64,000 bases of DNA from a virus (lineage: Duplodnaviria > Caudoviricetes). Positions 9,580 through 17,703 of this stretch are shown piece after piece (the stretch's first letter is position 1; the number at the start of each line of letters is the position of its first letter). The DNA is taken from positions 64,001 through 128,000 of IMG/VR virus record IMGVR_UViG_3300032332_001787; one strand, given 5' to 3'. A program made the position numbers and the translations under genes. The notes below the pieces were generated by a model. The model did not search any database. It saw nothing but the letters and a program-made list of their open reading frames with translations, and had not been told where the DNA came from.

Positions 9580-10494
9580 ATGGGTAGGATTGGTCTTTGC
9601 TGCATTTCTCTCAAACTTAAAGAACAAGGTTTTGGTCATCAGACCATGACTTTTAAGCGTTTCAATTCTTTGTTGCGAGAAGAAGCATTAGAAATTCTTG
9701 GATCACGAATTCAAAACAATCTGATGGTTACTGACAAGACTATCAAATTTTGTGCAGAAAATAATTATGTTTATCGTGTTAGTAGTGATATTTTTCCACT
9801 TATTACTTATGACGAAGCTAATGTGAATCTTGAGGATTTGCCTAACTATGATGCTATTCAAGACGAGTTTGATAATATTGCACAGAGCATATCCTCTACT
9901 AATGTACGGGTTTCTGCTCATCCTAGTGAATTTAATAGTTTGTCAAGTCTCAACGAAAAAGTTGTCGAAAAAACAATTACAGAACTCAATTTCTATAGCA
10001 GTTTCTTTGACAGAATAGGATTACCAGCAGACCGACGATCACCCATGAATTTTCATGTTCATAATAATAATGGAACCAGAGAAGAAATTGCTCACAGATT
10101 CTACAACAACTTCAAAAAACTGGACAATAATTGTCAAGCCCGCGTCACAATCGAAAACGACGACAAACTTAACTGCTGGAGTGTCAAAGAACTAGTAGAT
10201 ATTTTTCATCCGATAACCCGTATTCCAATATGCTTCGACTATCTGCATCATAAATGTCATCCAAATGGTCTTACAGAATGTGAAGCAATTAATATGTGTT
10301 GGGATACTTGGCAAACCACTCCATTATTTCATTATAGTGAGAGTCGCCCCGGTAATAATCCACGGGCGCATTGTGATGTTCCTACTCAGCCTTTTGATAC
10401 TTATGGTCTAGAATTTGATATTGATTTTGAGGTCAAAGGAAAAGACCTAGCTATTGCAGAATATAATGAAATTTTAACTACACTGTCTAAATAA
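9580..10494 (+). CDS. uvsE: UV-damage endonuclease (UvsE/UvdE)
   Basis: RIGLCC, YRVSSDIFP, RVSAHP, IENDDK, ICFDYLHH, FHYSES, DFEVKGKD motifs. Confidence 0.93.
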   Translation: MGRIGLCCISLKLKEQGFGHQTMTFKRFNSLLREEALEILGSRIQNNLMVTDKTIKFCAENNYVYRVSSDIFPLITYDEANVNLEDLPNYDAIQDEFDNIAQSISSTNVRVSAHPSEFNSLSSLNEKVVEKTITELNFYSSFFDRIGLPADRRSPMNFHVHNNNGTREEIAHRFYNNFKKLDNNCQARVTIENDDKLNCWSVKELVDIFHPITRIPICFDYLHHKCHPNGLTECEAINMCWDTWQTTPLFHYSESRPGNNPRAHCDVPTQPFDTYGLEFDIDFEVKGKDLAIAEYNEILTTLSK

Positions 10495-10504
10495 GGAGAT
10501 AATT

Positions 10505-10654
10505 ATGGCTCAAATAGGTGCAATTTCAATTAGTCCGAATGTTAATACCCAAGCAATTATTAACTTGCTAAAGGAAGATAAGAAGATTACTATTGGTCAG
10601 GAGCAGACTGCCGCTGATGGCTCTCGCTATATTCCAATAGAAAAGAATGGATAA
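10505..10654 (+). CDS. hypothetical protein (49 aa, not in ORF track)
   Basis: AAGGAG RBS then MAQIGAISISPNVNTQ. Confidence 0.6.
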   Translation: MAQIGAISISPNVNTQAIINLLKEDKKITIGQEQTAADGSRYIPIEKNG

Positions 10655-10657
10655 AAA

Positions 10658-10819
10658 ATGAGTGCATGGCTTATAATAGTAACAGGATGTATTTACGCTT
10701 TCGTTGCTTTTGAACAAGGTATGAAGGGTAATTATCCTCTTTGTATTATGTATATTGGATATAGTTGGGCTAATATTGGAGCTTATTTGTTAGCGATATC
10801 ATCTAACTCTGGAAGATAG
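10658..10819 (+). CDS. small two-TM phage membrane protein (not in ORF track)
   Basis: MSAWLIIVTGCIYAFVAFEQG...GYSWANIG. Confidence 0.65.
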   Translation: MSAWLIIVTGCIYAFVAFEQGMKGNYPLCIMYIGYSWANIGAYLLAISSNSGR

Positions 10820-10829
10820 GAGCAATAAT

Positions 10830-11024
10830 ATGAAAGAACCAACTAGAATTAAATTAAGTCCAGAAACACCAACACCCAAAGAACCACCTAGATATAGACT
10901 ACTATCATCAGATAAACCAGAATGGAATATTTCTGGTCAAGATAATGATGATATGTACATTGAATCTGATTTGGATGAGATAAACAAAACATTGGATAAA
11001 ATTAATCGTGAAGATAATTCATAA
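10830..11024 (+). CDS. hypothetical protein
   Basis: ORF with GGAG RBS. Confidence 0.6.
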   Translation: MKEPTRIKLSPETPTPKEPPRYRLLSSDKPEWNISGQDNDDMYIESDLDEINKTLDKINREDNS

Positions 11025-11466
11025 AACCATCAAGAAAGCTTACGAAAATTGGAATCCTAATTCTTTAATTCGTTGTTATCATTATGCGGCAGTTTTTGAT
11101 GGAACAAGAATGATTGAGTTTGCACAGAATAATCCTATCAAGATGAGTACGAAAGCTTTTAGAATAGGAAAAAGATTTAATATCCCCAAATACTTGGAGT
11201 ATCCATATGTACATTCAGAATCTCATCTTATTTCTAAATTACTTGATCGCTATAATTCCATTGATCCTAATTGGAGCATATGTGTCTTACGAATTAACAG
11301 ACAGGGATTAATACTTGGCAGCAAGCCCTGTGTTAACTGTTCCAAACTATTAAGTGCTGTTGGACTTAATGAAGTTTACTATAGTGACGATAATGGAAAC
11401 TTCGTTTGTCCTACTAAAACCATCAAGATTGATTGCTCTATCATACCAATTCCTCAAGTTTCCTAG
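11008..11466 (+). CDS. zinc-dependent cytidine/dCMP deaminase-like protein
   Basis: VHSE ... KPCVNC zinc motif, EVYYS. Confidence 0.8.
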   Translation: MKIIHKTIKKAYENWNPNSLIRCYHYAAVFDGTRMIEFAQNNPIKMSTKAFRIGKRFNIPKYLEYPYVHSESHLISKLLDRYNSIDPNWSICVLRINRQGLILGSKPCVNCSKLLSAVGLNEVYYSDDNGNFVCPTKTIKIDCSIIPIPQVS

Positions 11467-11494
11467 TTGACAACGCCGATTCTTGTGATATAAA
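11467..11494 (+). promoter_or_regulatory. sigma70-type promoter
   Basis: TTGACA-N16-TATAAA, spacer contains GCCGAT. Confidence 0.7.
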
Positions 11495-11528
11495 ACACTT
11501 GTTGTCGCCGCACTACTTTGGAGAAATT

Positions 11529-11747
11529 ATGAATTGTATTTATTGCAAAAATTGTGTTGGTGTTGAACGGTATGAATTTCTTATTGAGACTAATCGTAAT
11601 ATAGTTTGTAAAGAATGTTCAGCAGAGCAAAAGGCTGTTGGATTTATGGATTGGGGACATAAGACCGCACCAAGTTTGGTTATGGTTCCCAGTAATGCTA
11701 AGGAGACTATTAGGATTTTGGATAGAGCAAATCGACGTGCCAGATAA
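11529..11747 (+). CDS. C4 zinc-finger protein (DksA/TraR-like finger)
   Basis: CIYC...ER...VCKEC; ATG after GGAG. Confidence 0.6.
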   Translation: MNCIYCKNCVGVERYEFLIETNRNIVCKECSAEQKAVGFMDWGHKTAPSLVMVPSNAKETIRILDRANRRAR

Positions 11748-11771
11748 TTTAAACGGAAACAGGAGAGCTAG

Positions 11772-12020
11772 ATGATTAGCGACTATGAAATTGAGAGTTT
11801 GCTTTTTAAGCAAGTAGATAAGCCGAAAAATCATTTGATGACAAAAGTTATTAATGTATTTCATGACTATTATCGCATTAATGTTTATACTCAAATTGAA
11901 GAAGATGGATTGCTAAAAAGAAAAATTTCTCAAAGTTACATGACAACTTTTAGAAAAGACATTTTGACAATTATTCCAGATCCAGATAAAAAGCCAGACG
12001 ATCTTAAAAAGAAAAGGTGA
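11772..12020 (+). CDS. hypothetical protein
   Basis: ORF with AGGAG RBS. Confidence 0.7.
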   Translation: MISDYEIESLLFKQVDKPKNHLMTKVINVFHDYYRINVYTQIEEDGLLKRKISQSYMTTFRKDILTIIPDPDKKPDDLKKKR

Positions 12021-12023
12021 GTT

Positions 12024-12245
12024 ATGCCAATAGCAACTTTAAAATTTAAACTACCAGAAGAACAATACGAGTTTGATACTGCTACCCAAGCTAGTGATGC
12101 TAAAAGAATGTTGTGGGATTTTTCTCAACAATTACGATCTTGGCAGAAATATAGCAATGATTTCACCGATGCTGGTGATGCTCTTGATAAGATTAGATCA
12201 GAATTTCACAGATTAGCTACTGAATATAATATCAATATAGACTAA
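12024..12245 (+). CDS. hypothetical phage protein
   Basis: ATLKFKLPEE motif. Confidence 0.7.
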   Translation: MPIATLKFKLPEEQYEFDTATQASDAKRMLWDFSQQLRSWQKYSNDFTDAGDALDKIRSEFHRLATEYNINID

Positions 12246-12255
12246 GGAGATTATT

Positions 12256-12528
12256 ATGCCACTTTTTGAAGTTAGTACAGTTTCTTTGTTTCGTCACAAG
12301 TATGTTATTGAGGCCAAAAATCTTGAACACGCTTATGATACCGTACTTATTGACCATCCAGAAGCCCTAACCCAAAAGTTTCTGGACGAAAATATTATTG
12401 ATGGTCGAAAGATTGGTCGCAAAGAATTTGAAAAACTTTGTGATGATTCTATGAATGATAGTAGCGAATTGAGCAATGCTCATCTTGGAACAAAAATTAT
12501 ACATAAGGTAAATTACAATGAGTCCTGA
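12256..12528 (+). CDS. hypothetical protein
   Basis: AAGGAG RBS. Confidence 0.7.
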   Translation: MPLFEVSTVSLFRHKYVIEAKNLEHAYDTVLIDHPEALTQKFLDENIIDGRKIGRKEFEKLCDDSMNDSSELSNAHLGTKIIHKVNYNES

Positions 12529-12925
12529 ACTAGCAGATAAATTAATCTCAGCATATCCTGAACAGTTTAAAAATCTTACATGGATAGAGTGTGGTGATGG
12601 TTGGTTTGGTATTTTGTCAAGACTTTGCTATATCGTAGATTGTCGTCTTGTTTATAAGAAAAAACTTAATGAACCTCTAGATTTTTTCTATTGGAGTCAG
12701 ATTAAAGAAAAGTTTGGTGGTCTAAGAGCCTATGCTTATGGTGCTGATGACTTTATTAGAGGAGCAATAGAAATGGCAGAAAGTATGAGTTATATTACCT
12801 GTGAAGTAACTGGTGAAAGGGGTAGGATTAGAAAACAAATGCTCAATGAAGCACAAGAGCCTATTCCAGCATGGATTAAAACTCTTTGTGACGATGAGGC
12901 TAAGAAAGAAGGATATGTAGTATGA
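12518..12925 (+). CDS. conserved phage hypothetical protein
   Basis: ECGDGW...QIKEKFGGLR...TCEVTG motif. Confidence 0.8.
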   Translation: MSPELADKLISAYPEQFKNLTWIECGDGWFGILSRLCYIVDCRLVYKKKLNEPLDFFYWSQIKEKFGGLRAYAYGADDFIRGAIEMAESMSYITCEVTGERGRIRKQMLNEAQEPIPAWIKTLCDDEAKKEGYVV

Positions 12926-13608
12926 CTTTTGATGCTATAGTTATTAGCGATATTCATTTAGGGAGTAATGTTTGTCAAGCTAAAACTTTGGCATCTTTTT
13001 TGTCTAGGATTGAACTTGGAGAGACCGATACTGATACTTTAATTATTAATGGGGATTTATTTGACAGTTGGGATTTTCGTAAACTTAAAAAAGACCACTG
13101 GAAAATATTATCTCAAATCCGTAAAATCTCTGACACTATTAAAGTTATCTGGATTAGTGGCAATCATGATGGGCCTGCTGATATGGTTAGTCATTTGATT
13201 GGGGTTGATTTTATGAATGAATATAGTTTTATTAGTGGAGATGAAAAAATACTAATTTTGCATGGAGATATTTTTGACAATGTTATCTCCAGATATCCTA
13301 GACTAACTAAAGTAGCTGACTATGTTTACCGATGGTTACAAATCTATGCTGGATTATATTTCTCCAACCTTGCTAAACGTAGTAGTAAAACCTTTTTAAG
13401 ATGTTCTCAGGAAGTTTGTGATAGGGCTAAATCTTATTGTTCCATTAAGAAATGCGACTCAATAATTTGTGGTCATACTCATTTAGCTACAACAGATGTT
13501 TCTGGATCAACAAACTACTATAATAGTGGATGCTGGACAGATCATCCTTGTTCATATATCTCTATTAAAGATGGTCACATTAAAATAAATTATGTGGATA
13601 TTCTGTAG
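12922..13608 (+). CDS. metallophosphoesterase, UDP-2,3-diacylglucosamine hydrolase-like
   Basis: SDIHLG, NGDLFD, GNHD, LHGD, CGHTH, NSGCW motifs. Confidence 0.88.
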   Translation: MTFDAIVISDIHLGSNVCQAKTLASFLSRIELGETDTDTLIINGDLFDSWDFRKLKKDHWKILSQIRKISDTIKVIWISGNHDGPADMVSHLIGVDFMNEYSFISGDEKILILHGDIFDNVISRYPRLTKVADYVYRWLQIYAGLYFSNLAKRSSKTFLRCSQEVCDRAKSYCSIKKCDSIICGHTHLATTDVSGSTNYYNSGCWTDHPCSYISIKDGHIKINYVDIL

Positions 13609-13646
13609 ATTTTTGAAAAATTCTCAGAATCACTAAAGAATCCCTC

Positions 13647-13674
13647 TTGACACTGCCGATAACTGATGTATACT
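13647..13674 (+). promoter_or_regulatory. sigma70-type promoter
   Basis: TTGACA-N16-TATACT, spacer contains GCCGATA. Confidence 0.75.
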
Positions 13675-13709
13675 TAGAGCATAACGTCAACCAATACAGG
13701 AGAAAGAAG

Positions 13710-14114
13710 ATGGCAAAGGGTCAAAAAACTTGTGATAAGTGTGGAGCCTGCACAGGCCCGCGAGCTTATATGTGTCCTAAATGCAATACTCCCTTCGTCT
13801 TTAAGGCAAAGAGTAAAGAAGCAAAGAACACAAAGATAATTAGGGACTTTAATTGGAAGGAACTGATCAAAGGCGACCGCATCAGAGTTGCTGGAGGCCC
13901 ATATTTTGCAAGGGGTGGTGACTTCATCCCGATGGGTTATAGGGGTCGTTTTGTTGTAGAGGGGATTGACCAGCATGGAATTAAAGCATGGGGTCTGGAC
14001 AAGCACCAAGGCTTCTGTCATATTTATATGGGGCCAGACTTTCAGAACAAAGAAACCCACGTTTGGAAAATTAAACATAAACTCTTGAAACTGAAACCAA
14101 AGGTAGAAGTATAA
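13710..14114 (+). CDS. zinc-ribbon hypothetical protein
   Basis: CDKCG...CPKC; AGGAG RBS. Confidence 0.75.
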   Translation: MAKGQKTCDKCGACTGPRAYMCPKCNTPFVFKAKSKEAKNTKIIRDFNWKELIKGDRIRVAGGPYFARGGDFIPMGYRGRFVVEGIDQHGIKAWGLDKHQGFCHIYMGPDFQNKETHVWKIKHKLLKLKPKVEV

Positions 14115-14395
14115 TGAGTCTCACCCAAGAACAAAAAGACCAACTTAATAATTTGGTTGATTGTAGAGATGATATGGTGGATACGCTATATCATATCGAA
14201 CGTATTTTAAAAACTTATTTTCCAGAAGAATTCGAGAGAGCAATTCAATTCTATCTGCCTCAAATTACCACTGCTCTTTATGAGGATAAAAAGTGGCTAA
14301 GTAGAGGCGAGTATAGTTTGCAGAACACTATTGACAATCTGCTGGAGCGGTGTAAAATTGATAGCGATGGCAAGGGTACTACAAAATATCTTTAA
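14114..14395 (+). CDS. hypothetical protein
   Basis: ORF, TAATG coupling. Confidence 0.7.
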   Translation: MSLTQEQKDQLNNLVDCRDDMVDTLYHIERILKTYFPEEFERAIQFYLPQITTALYEDKKWLSRGEYSLQNTIDNLLERCKIDSDGKGTTKYL

Positions 14396-14408
14396 TTGGG
14401 AAATAATA

Positions 14409-14780
14409 ATGGAAAGCTATAGTATTATTGATTTGGAAGGTTATGCAAAAGCCATGAGAGATGGGGCTGCATCGTCATTTGAAAAAGATTATACAGAAAA
14501 TTTGGATGAGTTCATTTCTATTGGTCAAGTGATTAATATGATCAAGAAAAATAATCTTGGTCTAGATGAAGAAGGTAATTACCTTATCAATGAACAGATT
14601 TTTGATGATGTATTCAATGATATTAGAGATTGGCTTTATGGAGTTGGTCTAGCTAAACTTGCTTCAAAAGGATTCGTAGAATGTGCTTGGGATAATGAAT
14701 CTAATGATATGGTTTTTTGGCTGGCAAACAAAGACAAGACAAGTGTTTCTGCAAAACCCTCACAGGATAACGATGACTAA
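14409..14780 (+). CDS. hypothetical protein, CAWD family paralog 1
   Basis: C-terminal VECAWDNESNDMVFW. Confidence 0.75.
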   Translation: MESYSIIDLEGYAKAMRDGAASSFEKDYTENLDEFISIGQVINMIKKNNLGLDEEGNYLINEQIFDDVFNDIRDWLYGVGLAKLASKGFVECAWDNESNDMVFWLANKDKTSVSAKPSQDNDD

Positions 14781-15123
14781 TTATATTAAGATTAGAAACC
14801 TCAAACTTTTCACGAAAAGTATTAGAAAAAATGTGGTAATGGTTTTCCCTAAATCGTATCATAATCAAATAAATAATCTGATTTCATTGGCTCAGGCAGA
14901 AAATTTGGTTAGAAAATATATTGAACCGGGATACAACGATGAATTTATTATTTCTGAATATAATTACAATCATCTTTGCACAGAAATTAAAAAATGGATT
15001 TACAACTCAAGCTTGAGTCAAGTAGCTTCATCTGGAAAAATAGAGTGTGCATGGGACGATGATTCTAATGAGATGGTTTTTTGGCATCCAGAGTCTAACG
15101 AAACATTCAACACTATTAAATAA
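14773..15123 (+). CDS. hypothetical protein, CAWD family paralog 2
   Basis: C-terminal IECAWDDDSNEMVFW. Confidence 0.75.
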   Translation: MTNYIKIRNLKLFTKSIRKNVVMVFPKSYHNQINNLISLAQAENLVRKYIEPGYNDEFIISEYNYNHLCTEIKKWIYNSSLSQVASSGKIECAWDDDSNEMVFWHPESNETFNTIK

Positions 15124-15124
15124 T

Positions 15125-15280
15125 ATGTCAAAAGAAGAAATACAACATCTAAAAGATCAGATACATGATTTGAAGGAATATCTATATTCTGATTTATGCA
15201 AGGCTTGTGGGGATGCTGCTTTATCTCTAGATAAAATTAATGAAAGACTAATTCAACTAGAGTCACAACAAAATTCCTAA
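15125..15280 (+). CDS. small coiled-coil protein
   Basis: ORF from ATG 15125. Confidence 0.55.
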   Translation: MSKEEIQHLKDQIHDLKEYLYSDLCKACGDAALSLDKINERLIQLESQQNS

Positions 15281-15285
15281 AGGTC

Positions 15286-15314
15286 TTGACAGTGGTTGGT
15301 CGATAGGATACAAT
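15286..15314 (+). promoter_or_regulatory. sigma70-type promoter for tRNA/tmRNA
   Basis: TTGACA-N17-TACAAT, spacer contains GTCGATA; 8 nt upstream of tRNA. Confidence 0.75.
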
Positions 15315-15322
15315 AACATTAC

Positions 15323-15402
15323 GCTCCCGTGCCGGTGGTTCCCGGCAGTTACTCTTATAAGGTAATCCGAAAGGGGACTTGGTTCGATTCCAAGCGGGAG
15401 TA
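15323..15402 (+). tRNA. tRNA-Ile(UAU), atypical; CCA not encoded
   Basis: acceptor GCTCCCG/CGGGAGT; anticodon arm TTACT-CTTATAA-GGTAA (TAT at 15356-15358); T arm CTTGG-TTCGATT-CCAAG. Confidence 0.85.
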
Positions 15403-15427
15403 TTTCATAAAATAAAGGGAATTATTC

Positions 15428-15637
15428 ATGAGACTGCAACCACTAACAGTTATTTTTGCAGGATTATTCCTAACATCATTAGGATTTAATTTTCTTCTCT
15501 ATTCAGATATTCAAAGACTCAAAAAGCTGGACAACAAACCAGCTAGGATTATTATAGAAAGACAACCAGAAATTCATATTAAACCAGAAGTTTGGGGGTA
15601 TACTAAAGAACGGGCGATTCCTGGTATCGACAGGTAA
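15428..15637 (+). CDS. small membrane-anchored protein overlapping tmRNA 5' end
   Basis: N-terminal TM helix; last ~26 nt overlap tmRNA. Confidence 0.55.
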   Translation: MRLQPLTVIFAGLFLTSLGFNFLLYSDIQRLKKLDNKPARIIIERQPEIHIKPEVWGYTKERAIPGIDR

Positions 15638-15965
15638 AAAGAAATATAAATTGCATTGACTGGTTGATCGACCGGCCAGTATAAAAGTCGATTAAAAAAT
15701 GTTAATTGGCGAAGTTTCAACTCTCGCTCTCGCTGCCTAATTAGTTAGGTAATGAGTGGGGCGACATGAGCCTTATTACCAAATCATGATGACTCCGATA
15801 ATCGGATATGGAAGTCTAACCAGACATAAATAGGAATGATGATTGTACTCAATCTGACGCAGATAATTCTGATAGCTTTGTTATTTGTGTGATAACAAGT
15901 AACTAACAATGTAGAAGTTTATATAGACGTTTACACTGGACGGGGTTCGATTCCCCAATCGTCCA
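15612..15965 (+). ncRNA. ssrA: tmRNA (transfer-messenger RNA), tag (A)GEVSTLALAA
   Basis: 5' GGGCGAT pairs with 3' ATCGTCC with G3.U70; T loop TTCGATT; pk1 ACTGG/CCAGT and ATCGAC/GTCGAT; tag ORF 15708-15740 ends LALAA*. Confidence 0.93.
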
Positions 15966-15974
15966 CTTAATATT

Positions 15975-16316
15975 ATGAGAAAAATTTGTACTTATTGTGA
16001 GAAGCGTAAAAACCTAGCAAGTTTTCCCAAACACAGTATGTACAAAGATAATCTTGATAGTAGATGTAGAAAATGCGTTAAGAAACATTCTAAGATTAGA
16101 GTTAAGCTACATAAAAAAGCTCCCCCAAGACCAGAGATTTGTGAGTGCTGTAAAAAAGTTCCATATAAATGGGCTTTGGATCATGATCATGATGATAATA
16201 GCTTTAGGGGCTGGCTCTGTGAGCCTTGCAATACTGGTATAGGTAAACTTGGGGATGATTTTCAGAGTATTGTGAACGCTATGAATTATTTTCTTTCAAG
16301 ACCAAATCGTAAATAG
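15975..16316 (+). CDS. endonuclease VII-like (His-Me) putative homing endonuclease
   Basis: CECC...ALDHDH...FRGWLCEPCNTGIG motif plus N-terminal CxxC/CxxC. Confidence 0.85.
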   Translation: MRKICTYCEKRKNLASFPKHSMYKDNLDSRCRKCVKKHSKIRVKLHKKAPPRPEICECCKKVPYKWALDHDHDDNSFRGWLCEPCNTGIGKLGDDFQSIVNAMNYFLSRPNRK

Positions 16317-16323
16317 ACGATAC

Positions 16324-16352
16324 TTGACAAGAGGACTACCCTATGGTAGAAT
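16324..16352 (+). promoter_or_regulatory. sigma70-type promoter (ligase operon)
   Basis: TTGACA-N17-TAGAAT. Confidence 0.75.
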
Positions 16353-16377
16353 TTGGAAAACACAGGAGAAATTAGAA

Positions 16378-17703
16378 ATGTCGTTTGAGCATCTTAATGG
16401 TTTTGTTCGTGATCTGAAAGCAACTAGCAGCACGCTTGATAAGGTTGGAATTATTGAGGATTATACTTCATCCAATGATGATGGAGCTAAGTTTATCAAA
16501 AAGATTCTGCTCTATACCTACCATCCCCTTTGGCAATATAATGTGACCAGCGATAATCTTAAAAAGAAAAAGCATCTGCGTGGTCGTGTTTATGACTGTA
16601 TTTTTAAATTGCTGGATGATCTGAAGAATAGGAAAATCACTGGTCATGATGCTATTGGAGCAATCAATACCTTTATACATAAAGATACCTTGCAAGGAAA
16701 ACAACCAGACAAAGAGTTTGAAGATCTAGTTCACTGCATAATTGATAAGGATTTGAAAACCCGTGCTGGGGATAAGCTAATCAATAAGGCTATTCCAGAT
16801 CATATCCCCACATTTAGTGTTGCTCTAGCGGACAAGTATGTTCCTAAAATTGTAGACTGGAAGGATGGATGGTATGTTAGCAGAAAGATTGACGGTGCTA
16901 GATGTATTGGTATTGTTGATACTAATGGCGATACTACCTTCTATTCCCGCACGGGAAAAAACTTTGATACTCTTGACGTTGTTAGCGGTGGGATTAAAGC
17001 TTTGGGACTTACTAATGTAGTTCTTGATGGAGAGCTTTGTCTTGTGGATGAAGATGGTAACGAGGATTTTCAAGGGGTGATGAAGGAGCTTCGCAAGAAA
17101 GATCATACCATCCCTAATCCTTCATATAAGATTTTTGATATGATTACTCATGATGAGTTTTATAGCCAGAAGGGAGAATATAATAGACCTTTTGGTATCA
17201 GGCTCAAGAATCTTACAGAAATTATGAAGAAGAACGAGTGTCCTTGCTTGACGCTATTGGAACAATCTTTGGTTAAGGATGAAAACCAATTCCAAGAAAT
17301 GATTAAACAGTCTAGCCAGAATGGCTGGGAGGGTCTTATGCTTCGATCTGATGCTCCATATAAAGGCAAACGATCCAAAGACCTACTAAAATATAAATCA
17401 TTCTTTGATGACGAATATGAAGTTCTCGACACTGAAATGGGGCCATTCCGTTATGTTAAGGATGGTGCAGAATGTGAGGAGACTATGCTCAGTTGTGTAA
17501 CCATTAAGCATAAGGGTTATGATGTTAGGGTTGGGTCTGGTTTTAGTATTGAACAAAGACAGGAGTTTTATAAGAATCCTAAGAAAATTCTTGGTAAAAT
17601 TATTACTGTCCAATATTTTGAAGAGACAGAGAACGAAAAGGGTGGTATTAGTCTAAGGTTTCCTACATTTAAAATTCTACATGGAGATGATAGATCAATA
17701 TGA
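16378..17703 (+). CDS. lig: ATP-dependent DNA ligase
   Basis: motif I SRKIDGAR, LDGEL, KIFD, WEGLMLR, LLKYK, GSGF, SLRFP. Confidence 0.95.
   Translation: MSFEHLNGFVRDLKATSSTLDKVGIIEDYTSSNDDGAKFIKKILLYTYHPLWQYNVTSDNLKKKKHLRGRVYDCIFKLLDDLKNRKITGHDAIGAINTFIHKDTLQGKQPDKEFEDLVHCIIDKDLKTRAGDKLINKAIPDHIPTFSVALADKYVPKIVDWKDGWYVSRKIDGARCIGIVDTNGDTTFYSRTGKNFDTLDVVSGGIKALGLTNVVLDGELCLVDEDGNEDFQGVMKELRKKDHTIPNPSYKIFDMITHDEFYSQKGEYNRPFGIRLKNLTEIMKKNECPCLTLLEQSLVKDENQFQEMIKQSSQNGWEGLMLRSDAPYKGKRSKDLLKYKSFFDDEYEVLDTEMGPFRYVKDGAECEETMLSCVTIKHKGYDVRVGSGFSIEQRQEFYKNPKKILGKIITVQYFEETENEKGGISLRFPTFKILHGDDRSI

Noticed and set aside
15656-15686. TTGACT...TATAAA promoter-like string
   Set aside because: Lies inside the tmRNA and is explained by pseudoknot 1 pairing.
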